Source: Octopus vulgaris (lineage: Eukaryota). From it: 64,000 bases of DNA. Each line of letters opens with the position of its first letter. Position 1 is the first letter of the stretch. The stretch is from assembly GCA_951406725.2 (NCBI GenBank), contig OX597828.1, positions 69,378,001-69,442,000 on the forward strand. Direction: 5' to 3'. The notes under the pieces were generated by a model. It was given only the letters and a program-made list of their open reading frames with translations, was not told the DNA's origin and searched no databases. Positions 41,648-57,947 of the stretch are shown here, one piece after another. Made by a program: the position numbers and the translations under genes.

Positions 41648-42850
41648 ATATAAATATATATATATATATCATATATATATATATATATATATGTATACAT
41701 ACATATATACATAAATACATATATATATATATCCATACATGTATATACATACATATATAAATATATATGTATATGTATATATATACATAAATATATATGT
41801 ATTTATATACATACATACATACATACATATTTGAAGCTGAGAGTTCTTTGAGAGGAAGAAGAGTGTCAAGTATATATTAAATAAACCTGAGAGCTGAAGG
41901 AAGGAAGGAAGGAAGGAAGGATGAAGAAGAAGAAGAAGAAGAAGAAGAAGAAGAAGAAGAAGAAGAAGAAGAAGAAGAAGAAGAAGAAGAAGAAGAAGAA
42001 GAAGAAGAAGAAGAAGAAGAAGAAGAAGAAGAAGAAGGCAGAGGAATAAATTAGATAGACGTAAATTATAATATAGAGGTTGTTGGTGTGGTTGTCCGTA
42101 TGACTGTAGAAGGCGGCGGCGTTGGTGGTGGTGGTGGGACGAAAGAAATTTCTCGTTTATTTTACGGAGAAATATTCTCAGATTTCATTTTTATACGTGT
42201 TTTTGTCAATTCATCTTCCTAAAGACTTTCCTATTTACGATTTCATTAACTGTGTCGGTCCCTTTTGCAGCAACAACAGCAAAAGTGTGAGTTTAATGCG
42301 AGTGGATTTGGTAGACGGAAACTGAAAGAAGCCTGTCGTATATATATATATATATATATATATATACCAGAGTAAGCACATAAATGCGAAACAAGGTGGA
42401 GAAAATAGTAGTCGAATACCGGAGGTAGCGTAAGATGCTTTATTAATGAAGCTTCAAAAACATTACCTGCGCCTACCCTGCGCCTATGTATATATATATA
42501 TATCACCACTTTGATCTGTTTTTTGTATTGAATACGTATCGCCACCGTGGGCCACTGCATCGAACACTTTGAACATATACTTCAAACTATATATCAACTA
42601 TACATGAACTATATATCAACTATACATGAACTCTAAGATGTCTGACTCCGTTGTGTATTATAAATGAATTTCTTGTGTTTGACGGCATGAGCTGTCTTTT
42701 TTTATATATAACTTTTTTTGATAAGGTTCATTTCAGGAACTGAAACATGTTATAATGTATATATAAAAATTAAAAATTGTATAATACAGCAGCATTTTCG
42801 AACTTCATTTTTTACAAATATATACCTACTCGTATACGAACTAATCCTAT

Positions 42851-42914
<64 letters not shown>

Positions 42915-42915
42915 G

Positions 42916-43085
42916 GCGCAGGAGTGGCTGTGTGGTAAGTAGCTTGCTAACAAACCACATGGTTCCGGGTTCAGTCCCACTGCGTGGCATCTTGGGCAAG
43001 TGTCTTCTGCTATAGCCCCGGGCCGACCAATGCCTTGTGAGTGGATTTGGTAGACGGAAACTGAAAGAAGCCTGTCGTATATATG

Positions 43086-43174
<89 letters not shown>

Positions 43175-43378
43175 TTGTCCCCCTAGCATCGCTTGACAAC
43201 AGATGCTGGTGTGTTTACGTTCCCGTCACTTAGCGGTTCGGCAAAAGAGACCGATAGAATAAGTACTGGGCTTACAAAGAATAAGTCCCGGGGTCGAGTT
43301 GCTCGATTAAAGGCGGTGCTCCAGCATGGCCGCAGTCAAATGACTGAAACCAGTAAAAGAATAAAAGAATAAAAGAAT
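42916..43378 (+). mobile_element. SINE family A, full-length exemplar
   Basis: GGCGCAGGAGTGGCTGTGTGGT (A box), GGTTCAGTCCC (B box), TCTTGGGCAAGTG, internal (TA)n(TG)n and an (AAAAGAAT)n tail. Confidence 0.95.
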
Positions 43379-43389
43379 ATATATATATA

Positions 43390-43612
43390 ACGGGAAGTTT
43401 TATGAAAATAAACAAAAGACGAAGGCAGGTGGAAAACAAACGAACAATTGTATTAGTATGGCGCTCAGGAAATATAAATAAAACAAGTCTTTAACGTTTC
43501 GAGCCTACGCTCTTCAACAGAAAGATACACAGAGAGAGAAAAACACAGAAAGAAGGAGAGAAAAAAAAAGGAGAGAAAAAAAAATGCGTGCAGTAGCTAA
43601 CGAATCAACATG
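43390..43612 (-). mobile_element. Short hammerhead-bearing element (GAGC-GTAG-GCTC family)
   Basis: Minus strand reads TCTTT-CTGTTGA-A-GAGC GTAG GCTC-GAAAC-GTT-AAAGA at 43488-43525. It is collinear with 28480-28672. Confidence 0.8.
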
Positions 43613-43822
43613 AGTAACAAAGAGGTACCGGTGTCAATCCATTACGGCCGTTTCCAACAACTCCTTTAATTGCAAGAATACCATATAGCTGGCACTAATG
43701 CACCCAGTCTGATATTCACTGAATATTGTTGAGTATTCATGTTACTCAGACTTAACAAGGAGCCTCAATTTAAGTACCTAATTCAACTAAATCTTAATTG
43801 CATTTGATATATATTCTAAACG

Positions 43823-43868
43823 AAAACCGTCCGACGAACGGGAACGTGAAACTCTGAGTAACAGTTTT
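43823..43868 (+). ncRNA. Minimal type-I hammerhead ribozyme motif (U4C core, 1-nt stem III loop)
   Basis: AAAACCGT-CCGACGA-ACG ggaa CGT-GAA-ACTC t GAGT-A-ACAGTTTT. Confidence 0.85.
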
Positions 43869-43967
43869 TGTAATGTTTTTGAAGCTTCATTAATAAAGCA
43901 TCTTACGTTACCTCCGGTATTCGACTACTATTTTCTCCACCTTGCTTCGTATTTATGTGCTTACTCT

Positions 43968-44051
<84 letters not shown>

Positions 44052-44064
44052 CAGAGAGAGAGGG

Positions 44065-44137
<73 letters not shown>

Positions 44138-44561
44138 TGCATGTGTGTGTATATATATATATATATATACACCAGGGACATGCCACCTAGGTAGGCAAGT
44201 TAGGTATTGCTTGCCTTGAATAAAATAAATCGACTGTACCATTTTCCTCTCATGGCAAAATCTGGACTAATTCAACAAAATTATGAAGGTTACTCTGATT
44301 ACTATGCATAAAATGCAAAATGTTTTCTTTTTTTTTTGTAGATTAGGTAGGCATAATTTGTCCCTTCCTTTCAATTTGCTGTAGTACATGTGCTGCGTAC
44401 GCTCCTACAACAACGTTTTCTTTGCTATAAAGGAAGAAATAGATCTGCCTTCAACTCAGTCATTCGTCTGTGTTTCGCTTATTTTTGGTGTTTTACTAGA
44501 TAAAGGTCGCCAACTGCCTACCCCGAGTATTTACTGACGACACGTGTCTGGTGTGTGTGTG

Positions 44562-44596
<35 letters not shown>

Positions 44597-44760
44597 GCAC
44601 CGAATATATATAGATACACATATACATATATATGTAATATTTGTCTATGTATGCATGCATGTACATACATACACATATACACACTTTCGGTTAGTCTTTA
44701 ACCTAATTAGATCCAGTTTCTATCATCTTTCTTTTCCTTCCTTCTTTCCTTTCTTTCTTT

Positions 44761-44826
<66 letters not shown>

Positions 44827-45004
44827 TTCTCACTCTCTCACTCTGTCTGTTTCATCCCTCAGTTTCATTCCCTTCGTTAGAAAAATAAAATTAAACATGT
44901 AAAAATTATCTTTAATAACTGCCCACTTTTAATTGTTGTTGTTACAGCTGTTGCTTTTGTTTACATTCTTGTTATTGCTGCTGCTGCTGCTCGTTTGTTT
45001 GTTT

Positions 45005-45262
45005 GTTGAGCGAACGGTCTTCGAGAAGTCAGAAACGTGGTCCTTTGCTATTCGTAAGACCCGCAGAAGAGAAAGCAGGTCAACCCCCGACACTGAGAGC
45101 ATCGACGGATGGATGAATGCGCATCCAGGCTCAGCGGTTGCGTAGGAAGTCGGCGACAAGAGACAGGAAGAAAGAGTGAGAGAAAGTTGGGGCGGAAGAG
45201 TACAACAGGGGTCGCCACCATCCCCTGCCGGAGTCTCGTGGAGCTTTAGGTGTTTTCGCTCA
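45005..45262 (-). mobile_element. Partial SINE related to family C
   Basis: Reverse complement GAGCGAAAACACCTAAAGCTCCACGAG...CCGGCAGGGGATGG matches ~17380-17480. Confidence 0.75.
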
Positions 45263-46777
45263 TGCTGCTGCTGCTGCTACTGCCGCTACCGCTGTTTCAC
45301 CTTTGACTTACTGACACCGTACTGACTCCTGAAACCTATCTTAAATTCCTCGGTTATTGCCTGCAAGAAAGACCATGATGAAACCCTACTTACACACTGA
45401 AATCGTTGCCATATTCGTTGCCAGTTCTCATTGATATTTCTTTTTACTTTCATCCTTAACATAAGACTTTATCTTATATATAACACCCTATTTTTATAGG
45501 CGTAGGAGTGGCTGTGTGGTAAGAAGCTTGCTTCCCAACCACATGGCTCCAGCTTCAGTCCCAGGTTCAGTCCCACTGCACGATGCTTTGGGCAAGTGTC
45601 TTCTACTATAGCTTCAGTCCAACCAATATGTGTGCGAGTGTGCCTTTGTGTCTATGTTTGTCTCCTACCACAACTTGACGGCTGGTATGTTTATGTCCCT
45701 GTAATCTTGCGCTTCGGCAAAAGAGACCGATAAAATTAGTGGCAGGCTTGAACAAAAACAAGTCCTGGGTCGATTCATGGCTGCCATCTAATAACTGATA
45801 CAAATAAAAGATACAAGCTATTTTTCTCTATACATCTTAATCTTGATTTCAGTCAGTAAGTTGGTCAGTAGTCATTTCTCTTTGACTATGGAACACTTCC
45901 GCCGAACCGCTAAGTTACATGGACGCAAACAAAGCAACTCTGGTTGTCAAGCAATGACGGAGATAGATTTAGAAAAATATAGGAGGTTGAAGATTTTTTT
46001 CTGTTTGGCTGCAATTTTTGAAATGTTAAAATAAAAATGGAGTTTTTCAAAGTTGGTGTATCGATGTAATTTTTCACGCCGAATCTCAGGGCCTAAGTCA
46101 TTTGTTCCAGAAACAATAAGAAAAAAAAAATCTTTGATAAATTTTACCCAATCAGAAAACAGGATTTGAAAGATATCATTTTGTTGCGAGATTGCAATCA
46201 TAAGACGACAAAACAATACAGTCAACATTGCGATGATACCACGTGTTTTAAGCAGTTAATAAGCAGAAAACAACCTAAAAACAACAACAAAAAAACGTGT
46301 AAACAATACGTATTTTGTAGTTTTAAGTATTCAATAAGCATTTAATACGAAAAAAAATGAGTAAACAAGTCATTGTGTACTTTTAAGAGCAGAAAAAAAC
46401 AAACTAAATAAAGGAAGTATTTCGTAAACACGCGGTTTTCATTCTTTTGTAAACACACGTGATACATACAGATGAGTTCCCAACACTTGATTTGTTACCA
46501 TGGAAGCAGGCATATGTACGACTGTAGCTTTCGATTGGCTAAAATGACCCAAAATTTGAAAACTTCAAAAGCTATTAAGTATTTGTGTATTGATTTGTGG
46601 CCAAAATGATTTTCATGTCAATAAGGAGCATGCAAAACTACATCAACACACCAAATATGAAATCAGTTGGAACAGAATTTAAGAAACTGAAAAGTGACAT
46701 TGAAACAAAAGATCCGAGGTTGATTGACTTTGAAATAGCTTAACTGGAAATCTTTGTTGCTGATATTCGAGTAAGGG

Positions 46778-46848
<71 letters not shown>

Positions 46849-47101
46849 TAAAGAGCACGCTGATTGGAATACATTAAACCTTGAAAGCGAAAAAAGTAAA
46901 AGATGGGATGATCACGGCTGCTGCCCCTCCATCATATCTCAACTCTTTGAAAGCTAATAAGCAACAACAACAAAGGCAACAATTCATTTCGCGACCAGCA
47001 AAGGAGAGAATTACAAAACTCGAATTCATTAAAAAAAACTGAATGGAAACGTGAAACCTGATCTTTGTTAAATAAGAAGACAGAAAGAGAGATAGAGACA
47101 G

Positions 47102-47170
<69 letters not shown>

Positions 47171-47257
47171 GACAGACAGACAGAGACAGAGAGACAGAGA
47201 CAGAGACAGAGAGAGAGAGACAGAGACAGAGAGAGAGAGAAAGACAGAGACAGAGAC

Positions 47258-47299
<42 letters not shown>

Positions 47300-47607
47300 T
47301 GTGGAATGTGGGATGTTGAATAAACCGATTGAAAGCTGACGGAAGGAAGACAAAGCGAGAATTTTTATGTTGAGATTCTGAGAACAATTCAGAACATTCC
47401 AGAGATTCTCAACTTTTTTTTTGTAAAGACAAGAGGTTCATTCATTGTTAGCATTCGAGCATGAATACGTCCATACATTCACGCGCACACACACACACAC
47501 GCACACGTGCGCTCACGCACATACATACGCACACACATACACACACACACACGCGCAGACATAAAAAATGAAGACGTGTACTGACAAATATACAGTGACA
47601 CATATAC

Positions 47608-48014
47608 TCTCTTTTACTCTTTTACTTGTTTCAGTCATTTTTGACTGCGGCCATGCTGGAGCACCGCCTTTAGTCGAGCAAATCAACCCGGGACTTATTC
47701 TTTGTAAGCCCAGTGCTTATTCTATCGGTCTCTTTTGCCGAACCGCTAAGTGACGGGGACGTAAACACACCAGCATCGGTTGTCAATCAATGCTAGGGGG
47801 ACAAACACAGACACACAAACACACACACACACATATACATATATATATATACATATATACGACAGGCTTCTTTCAGTTTCCGTCTACCAAATCCACTCAC
47901 AAGGCATTGGTCGGCCCGGGGCTATAGCAGAAGACACTTGCCCAAGATGCCACGCAGTGGGACTGAACCCGGAACCATGTGGTTGGTTAGCAAGCTACTT
48001 ACCACACAGCCACT
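47608..48014 (-). mobile_element. SINE family A
   Basis: Near-identical to the reverse complement of 42916-43378. Confidence 0.93.
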
Positions 48015-49378
48015 CATATATATATATATATACACACTTCCATTTACATATATATACCCACATTCATTCATATATGTATGTGTGTGTGCATGTGTGTGTG
48101 TGTGTGTGTGTCTGTGTGTGTGAGTGTAAAGGTAAGATCCGAGGATCCAGGTGTAGAAAGTTAGTAAGCTTCGAGAAGTCTGTAAAAGGTGTAAAAAGTA
48201 ACTTTCAGAAACAATAGCGTTTTATTGACGGAGAAGGTTATACATTTTTCCCATATCGAAGTTCGATAAGACGAAAAAAGGGATTTCATAGTTCACGGTT
48301 AGCAACTAGAATTGCTGCGTGCGCAAATAAAAACCCAAATTTAGGGAATGGAGGAGACAAAATCCAGGTTACCTATGTTTACTTCAGGACCCCGGAAGTA
48401 GTAATTACTCAAACGACGGGTAATCTGCTAGCTAAACGTCAGGCTAAAGATACCTGAGACAAATGAAGGTTACATTGTTGTTAAGGGAGCCCTCGTTCGA
48501 GTAATTTCTACTTCTGAGATTCTTCTGGCTATGAACCGTACGCAGCCTGGATTCTATCTGCTCCGTTCCTAATTTTGGATTAGGATCTTTGTGGTTTTCG
48601 CGTCAATGTTTACAATTTTGCTCCAATTGTCTTCAAATTTGATATATGGATTAGGTTTTGTATTCTGATTATGAATAATTATGAATAATTAAATCCATAA
48701 TTAAAAAGTTATTAGCCTATAAAATTTACAAAATTTGGGTATTTTAACCAATCAGAAGCGAGTATTTTACATATCACCGTGGCGAAAATTTCTATTCTCA
48801 TAGTAACCAAAGCAAATAAGCACCACGTGTTGCTTAGCTGATTGTGAAGAACTGTTTCCATAGCAACTAAAGATGCTGCGCATGCGCACAAGAAGGAGAA
48901 GGAGATACTAAAAAGATAATTTATTTTATAAAATCCTAGTTTAATGTTTTGAAATGCCGATGTCCACCACCCACTGATGATGGAAGGGTCAGCTAACGTA
49001 CTATTTTCTGATTGGCTGAAAATTCTGAAAATGACCAAACTTTGAATACATGCAACATTTTTGCAACATTTTTTCTAGAATAAATGAATAACAAATTTGG
49101 ATTTATCGTCAAAAGTTACATCAATATATTGGGTTGACAACTAAGTTGGATCAATTTTTCGTGCATCGTTAAAAGCAGTTTCATCTAATGACCTCGAGAG
49201 AAATGAACTTCTTGTGTTAGGAACCATATTCTCAAGAAAATAGTTATTTGACTCTTTATTAGTGTAGAACAGTGATTTCCAACCTATGTTATGCCCCGCA
49301 CCCCTAAAAACTTTCCCTCCATATTCCCCATCTCATCCCTTTCCACACTAATTCGAACTCAAAACATTTTCTCACATC

Positions 49379-49426
49379 GTCTCTGATGAAGGGATATCCA
49401 TAATATCCCAGAAACAGCTGTAAGAC
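49379..49426 (+). ncRNA. Minimal type-I hammerhead ribozyme motif (canonical CUGAUGA core)
   Basis: GTCT-CTGATGA-A-GGGATAT ccata ATATCCC-A-GAAAC-AGCT-GTA-AGAC. Same family as 327-378. Confidence 0.88.
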
Positions 49427-49517
49427 TAATCCATTATAAATGGCACGAAGACACTCCTCACACCCTTGGCTTTGTTGTCTCAAATATATATATATATATA
49501 TATATACTTTGATACTT

Positions 49518-49605
<88 letters not shown>

Positions 49606-50970
49606 ATATATATATCCAAAATGTAACTACACGCGGACTGTTGGCGATTTTTTCCTTCTTCCTCCTTTTCTTTCGATTTTCCCATGTCTCCTGTTTCCGA
49701 AGAAGAGCATTGTTAAAAGCAGTCTCGTCCAATGACCTCGAGAGAGATGAACTTCCTGTGTTAGGAACCATATTCTCAAGAAAATAGGGCGAGTTATTTG
49801 ACTCTTTATTAGTGTAGAACAGTGATTTACAACCTATGTTATGCCCCGCACCCCTAAAAACTTTTAATATGTTCTCGCACCCCTTACAGTAGAACTTTAT
49901 ATAAGAATAAAAATGCCCGGGACAACTGCCCCCTTTGCCTCCCCGCCTATAAATCCAGTCATGCTCGCATCCCCTGAAATATCTCGCACTCCTGGTTGGG
50001 GTACCCTAGTGTGGAATATTAAGCTTTCGCTTGGCTTGCGATAAAGTGTTCGATCTCAAATCTTGATCGATATCTAAAAAGTTCTACTGACGTGACAACT
50101 GTCAATTTTAAGCCCATTCTTTGGAGGAATACAACAGCATTCTTGTCAAGGCCGTTGAGTTCATGCTCATTCATGTTACGAGTGACTATTAGGCCCTCGT
50201 CTTTGTATGGACCTGCACACGGATGAGGAAATTCAATAGGTAAATGGTGCAAAATCTAGACACATCCATCCATACATACATCAATACATGCATACATACA
50301 TACACGCATACATACATATATGCATACATGCTTGCATACATACATACATACATACATACATACATACATACATACATACATACATACATACATACATACA
50401 CACATACATACAAACATACATACATACATACACACATACATACATACATTCATACCCACATACATACACACATACATACACACATACATACATGCATACA
50501 CACATACTTACAAACATACTTACATACACACATACACACATATATGAATATGTATAAAAACAAATATACAAATAACATGCAGGCCAATTCCTTGCAATAT
50601 CAATCAATCGCCCACAAGGTCACGTGATTGATATACCTACTAATGACGTCGATAGATTGATTGATTGATTGATTAATCGTTTAAGCGATTAATTAAGTAA
50701 TTAACTACTTGGGTAGCATTTAACCATAATGATGAAAAGAGGTGAAATCGAATTACCGTGTCTGTCGTTTTTGTTGTTAAAAGAACCCACCCAACATAAC
50801 AATAAATCCTTTCATCACACCATTTCACATCAATCATCGTGCTATACGAATACGGAAACGTTGTGTGTCTGTCTGTCTGTGAGAGCGTATGTGTGCGTGA
50901 GAGGGTGTGTGTTTGGGCGTGTCTGCGTATGAATGTGTGTGTCTGTGCGCGCGTGTGTGTATTCGTGTGC

Positions 50971-51027
<57 letters not shown>

Positions 51028-51028
51028 C

Positions 51029-51124
<96 letters not shown>

Positions 51125-51644
51125 ATACAAGAAAACTGCTTTTAACACCTTGCCTCATTGGTAAAAACAAGTGTCCAACACATCTTCTTTTAAAGACAGT
51201 AGTTTATGATTAGGAGTTTTGGTTGTTATTTCTAGCAGTTCGAACCACGGTTAAGAGGTTCCTTCTATTCAATTCAAATCAAAACCATTCCAACTGTGAC
51301 CAACACATCAATTCAAGGATTATGTATGACTACTACATTATCTAATGCGCCTTTGATCTACTTAACACGTTAGGTATGACTTGAGAGAAAATTGACTGCT
51401 ATTTCTAGCAGGTGAATTCTTAACTTCTTACATTCAGGCGCGTGGCCTAGGGAGCAGGGATTTTGGGCCCACAATCTAACTGTCAAGAATTCAATTCCTG
51501 AATCGAGAGGTGCGTAGTATCGTTGATGAAGACATTTTATTTCACTTTGTTCCAATCTGCTGAGCCACGAATAAAAGCCAGCCGATTGCCGGTGCAGCTC
51601 TCGTTTTCTCTCTCTTTCTCTCTCTCTCTCTCTTTCTTACTCTC

Positions 51645-51679
<35 letters not shown>

Positions 51680-51960
51680 TTATCTCTATCCCCTTGCAGC
51701 TATCATATTCTGGATGTCTTGCTGGGCCAAGGATGGGTGAATCTAATTTTATATCAACACATTCTGATTTTTTGCACAACCAGAAGTTTACATTCTAATT
51801 TTACCAGGATTTGGTATAATTACCAGGTATAATTACTATATAATTACCAGAATTTGGTATAATTTCCCATACTGTTTCCCACCACTCTTTAAAGAAAGAA
51901 ACTTTCAGAAGACTCGGAATAATTTACGCAATATTATCTATTGGACGATTTATCGTCTGA

Positions 51961-52077
<117 letters not shown>

Positions 52078-52496
52078 TAAAACAATTAACCGACGCATGG
52101 TAAACTTTAACAAAGCCATACTCGTTCGCGGTTGACGGTTGACTCGTATTTTCCTTTTTTGTGTAAATCTCGATGAGAAATCTTCCGCAGTCAGAGAACA
52201 TCTCGGAGTGTTAAGTACGTAAGACGAAGGAAAGTTTAACCTTCGTACCCGCTTCATTATATAAAAACTCGCCATAAACCTACCCGCCCTCCCCAACCTT
52301 GCTCTTAAATACCTATACCGAAGACGTATTTATATTGTATCATCTCAAGTATTCTTCTCATAGGCAATGCCAATTCATCATATAACTTAGCTCACCTTCC
52401 AAGTGTACTAAAAGTGTACTAAAACTTCAGGTAGTAAACAGCGCATAATTAACGGTCTCTACAGCCAGGCAGACAGACAGGCAGACAAGCCAACAT

Positions 52497-52533
<37 letters not shown>

Positions 52534-52664
52534 TTCATGCATACATATACGCACACACATATATATATGAACACACATCAATACATACGTACGTATAAGA
52601 AATGTTTGCTTTTAAATATGGCTATATATGTGTGGGGGGATGCGTGTGTGCACATAAACGGTAA

Positions 52665-52970
52665 AGGCGCGTGGCATAGTGGTTAGGAGTATTCGACTCT
52701 CGATCGTAAGGTTGTGAGTTCGATTACCGGTAGCGAATACTGACCTTGAGCAAGACACTTTATTTCACGTTGGTCCAGTTCATTCAGCTGGAAAAAAACG
52801 AGTTGTGTCTGTAATTCAAGGGGCCAGCCTTGTCCCATTCTGTGTCGCACTGAATCTCCCTGAAAACTATGTCATGGGTATGTATGTCTGTGGAGTACTC
52901 AGCCATTTGCACGTTAATTTCCCGATCAGGTCAGCTTGAACCCTTATCGTTATAACCGGCGGGTTGCCAA
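52665..52970 (+). mobile_element. tRNA-derived SINE (family D-like head with family C tail)
   Basis: GGCGCGTGGCATAGTGGTTAG...GAGTTCGATTACC...CTTGAGCAAGACACTT...GTCTGTGGAGTACTCAGCC. Confidence 0.8.
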
Positions 52971-53263
52971 TTAACAAACGGTCAACTTTTAAACCGAAAA
53001 GAATCTTTCAATCCTTTACAGTTGAATAAGGTATATGCATATATATATATATATATTTGGTTTTTGTCAGAGTTGACAGTGACTTCGAAGTTTCAGTTAT
53101 GTGGTGTTCATTGGACGCTGATAAAGGGCACATGGACCAAACTTCGAAGAAACTGCAAACCTTTTCTTTCCAAATATTATAGGCACACACTCATACGCAC
53201 ACATACATGCCTATGCATACACAAGCGTATGTTGATATGTGAATGTTTGTGGTTATATCCATA

Positions 53264-53304
<41 letters not shown>

Positions 53305-53328
53305 ATATATATATATATACATATATAT

Positions 53329-53419
<91 letters not shown>

Positions 53420-53588
53420 AATTGAGATAGGGGTTGTGAATGCAACCCACCATGGGATAACATATATCCAATATACTGCCAGTAAAGCACCCAACAAGGT
53501 TAATACATAAATGTTAAGGATTGCGATGCAATCAATTCATTTACTGTATTATATGGGCAAAGGTAAAATGTTTTACCACAAATTCATA

Positions 53589-55546
<1,958 letters not shown>

Positions 55547-55588
55547 GTTAAAATCTGGCGTGCGGTTTAGTAAATTGTATTCAAGACA

Positions 55589-55667
55589 AATTCTACTGAA
55601 GAGCTACAGATATATTGTGTAAGTAAAATTGCATAATACATTAATAGCGAAACAATTGTCTAGAATT
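55589..55667 (+). ncRNA. Type-I hammerhead ribozyme motif, fully canonical core, extended stem II
   Basis: AATTCTA-CTGAAGA-GCTA-(TATTGTGTAA/TTGCATAATA hairpin)-TAGC-GAAAC-AATT-GTC-TAGAATT. Confidence 0.9.
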
Positions 55668-55929
55668 ACTCTACATTTTTGTTATTTTTCATTTGTCCTG
55701 CTCGTTTACGTTCATAGTTGTGCCAATTCTCCTTGGAAACAATTCTTGGTGGTTGAGGACGTAGAGGATCTATTTTTAGCGCAAGAGTCGACCACATAGT
55801 GGACACTCTCTTATATTGGTGTATTAATTTTTACTGTATCCCTGGTTTTTATGCGCTAAACCACTTGGTGTTAAATTGATGGTATTATTAAATTAATATC
55901 CAATTTTTTCACCCTTATTTTTGCGTCGG

Positions 55930-56197
55930 ATTCTTTTACCGAACTGCTAAGTTACGGAGAAGTAAACACACCAACATCAGTTGTCAAGAGATGGTGGGGG
56001 TGGGGGACAAAATCAGACAGACACACACACAAATATATACATATATATACGTCGGGCTTCTTTCAGTTTCCGTCTACCAAATCCACTCACAAGGCTTTGG
56101 TTGGCAAGACACTTGCCCAAGGTGCCACGCAGTGGGACTGAAGCCGAAACCATGTGGTTGGGAAGCAAGATTCTTACCACACAGCCACTCCTGCGCC
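55930..56197 (-). mobile_element. SINE family A
   Basis: Family A 5' half ending at CACTCCTGCGCC. Confidence 0.88.
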
Positions 56198-56572
56198 TAT
56201 ATATAAATGGACGTACGGATGAATGTATGTATACGTGTAGATACGTGCGTGTGTAATTGTATATATATATACAAATTTTCTTAACTTTATTTACAACTTA
56301 TAAATGTATCCGACAGCCTTACCTTATTTATACTGAAATTTCCTCTATCATCTCTGTTTAATTTATTCATTTACTACTATAATTCTATTTTCCTACTCTA
56401 CCTTACCTCCAACCAACCAACCAACCAACCAACCAACCAACCAACCAGCCAGCCAACCAACCTGCAAACTCCTCGCCAGAACACATAAAAATACAAATCA
56501 TAATTAGTGTCATTCAATCTGCTTTGATGTATCTGTAAACAAACAAATAAAACATCTAAGGATATATTTTTT

Positions 56573-56652
56573 CCCTCTGAATATATTATGTTCAGAAATA
56601 TAAGCTTAATATTTAATTAATTTACTGCGTATAAATGAAACAGCTGTAAGGG
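56573..56652 (+). ncRNA. Degenerate hammerhead motif (G8 mutated)
   Basis: CCCT-CTGAATA-(AT-rich insert)-GAAAC-AGCT-GTA-AGGG, with (TA)n ~60 nt downstream. Confidence 0.55.
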
Positions 56653-56709
56653 GTAATGTTCGATTTGTTGCTGATAAAAAAACTCTTAACTTCATAATCT
56701 CCATTTTCT

Positions 56710-56777
<68 letters not shown>

Positions 56778-56849
56778 CATACATATGTGTGTGTATGTGT
56801 GTGTATGTGTATGCATGTGTGTGTATGTGTGTGTGTGCGTATATGTATG

Positions 56850-56893
<44 letters not shown>

Positions 56894-57319
56894 TCATACC
56901 TTTTACTTGTTTCAGTCATTTTCTGTGGCCATGCTGGAACACTACTTTGAAAGTATTTAGTCGAACAGGCCGACTGCAGTAATAATCTTCTAACCCTAGT
57001 ACTGATTCTATCGACCCAGGGCTATGTATAGTAGAGACGCTTGCCCAAGATGCTGCGCAGTGGGAACGAACCCCAAACCACATGCCTGCAAAGCAAGCTT
57101 CTAAACTACACAGCTGTGCTCAAGGATGAAAGTAGAGCCCAACCTCGACACCAGTGACGTCATCGTACTGAAGGTTGGGAGATGTGTGTCCTAGAGAGGA
57201 TTTAAAAAAAACGTCTTATACCTGATATGAGTTCGGGAGGAGTTGATTTTTGTCCTTCTTAGTTCTAAAAACTAAGAAATGTTTCCTTCTGGGGCGATAT
57301 CAGGCTCATAAGGGTCGGT

Positions 57320-57528
57320 TTCCCGGATTCAGGGGCGTGTAAATTCCCCAGCTGGACAAGATGCCGGACTACCGCAGGATTACTTATTTTCACCAGCTGA
57401 GGAGACTGGAGCAACGTGAGATGAAGTGTCTTGCTCAAGAACACGATGCGTCGCCCAGTCCAGAAATCGAAATCACAATCTTACGATCAAAGAGTCCAAC
57501 TCCCTAACCACTAAGCCACGCACCTCCA
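57320..57528 (-). mobile_element. tRNA-derived SINE (family D-like)
   Basis: Minus strand GGAGGTGCGTGGCTTAGTGGTTAGGG...TTCTTGAGCAAGACACTT. Confidence 0.8.
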
Positions 57529-57947
57529 CCTTCTTTGTTTTAGGGGTTGATAATGTTTAAAGTAACACGGGTATATCTCTTCTCCTCATACATGACTCAC
57601 AAAAGAAAAAGAAATGGCTAAGGGTATTATTCAGTCCACTTCTTTTATTTTCAGAACTGAAATTACGATCCCAATTCCGTATTGGGACTCAAAAGACTCA
57701 AAATTTGTTCGGACTGAAAATTCAACCGCCTCAGTCCCCCTGATCCGCCCCAGTTCTGTGTCAAAATATAAAGAAGCCACTCGTATTGCGAGTGAAAGGT
57801 GTCAAACGTCTTCACAAAATCAAATTATAAACCCCTTCTTAACATAAGAGAACCTCTATGAGTTCGCTCGACTTGTGAGAAATAACAGCAATATTCCCTG
57901 AAGTCACTCTCTAACGTCTCAAAGAAAACAAGGATTGCACTGTACTG

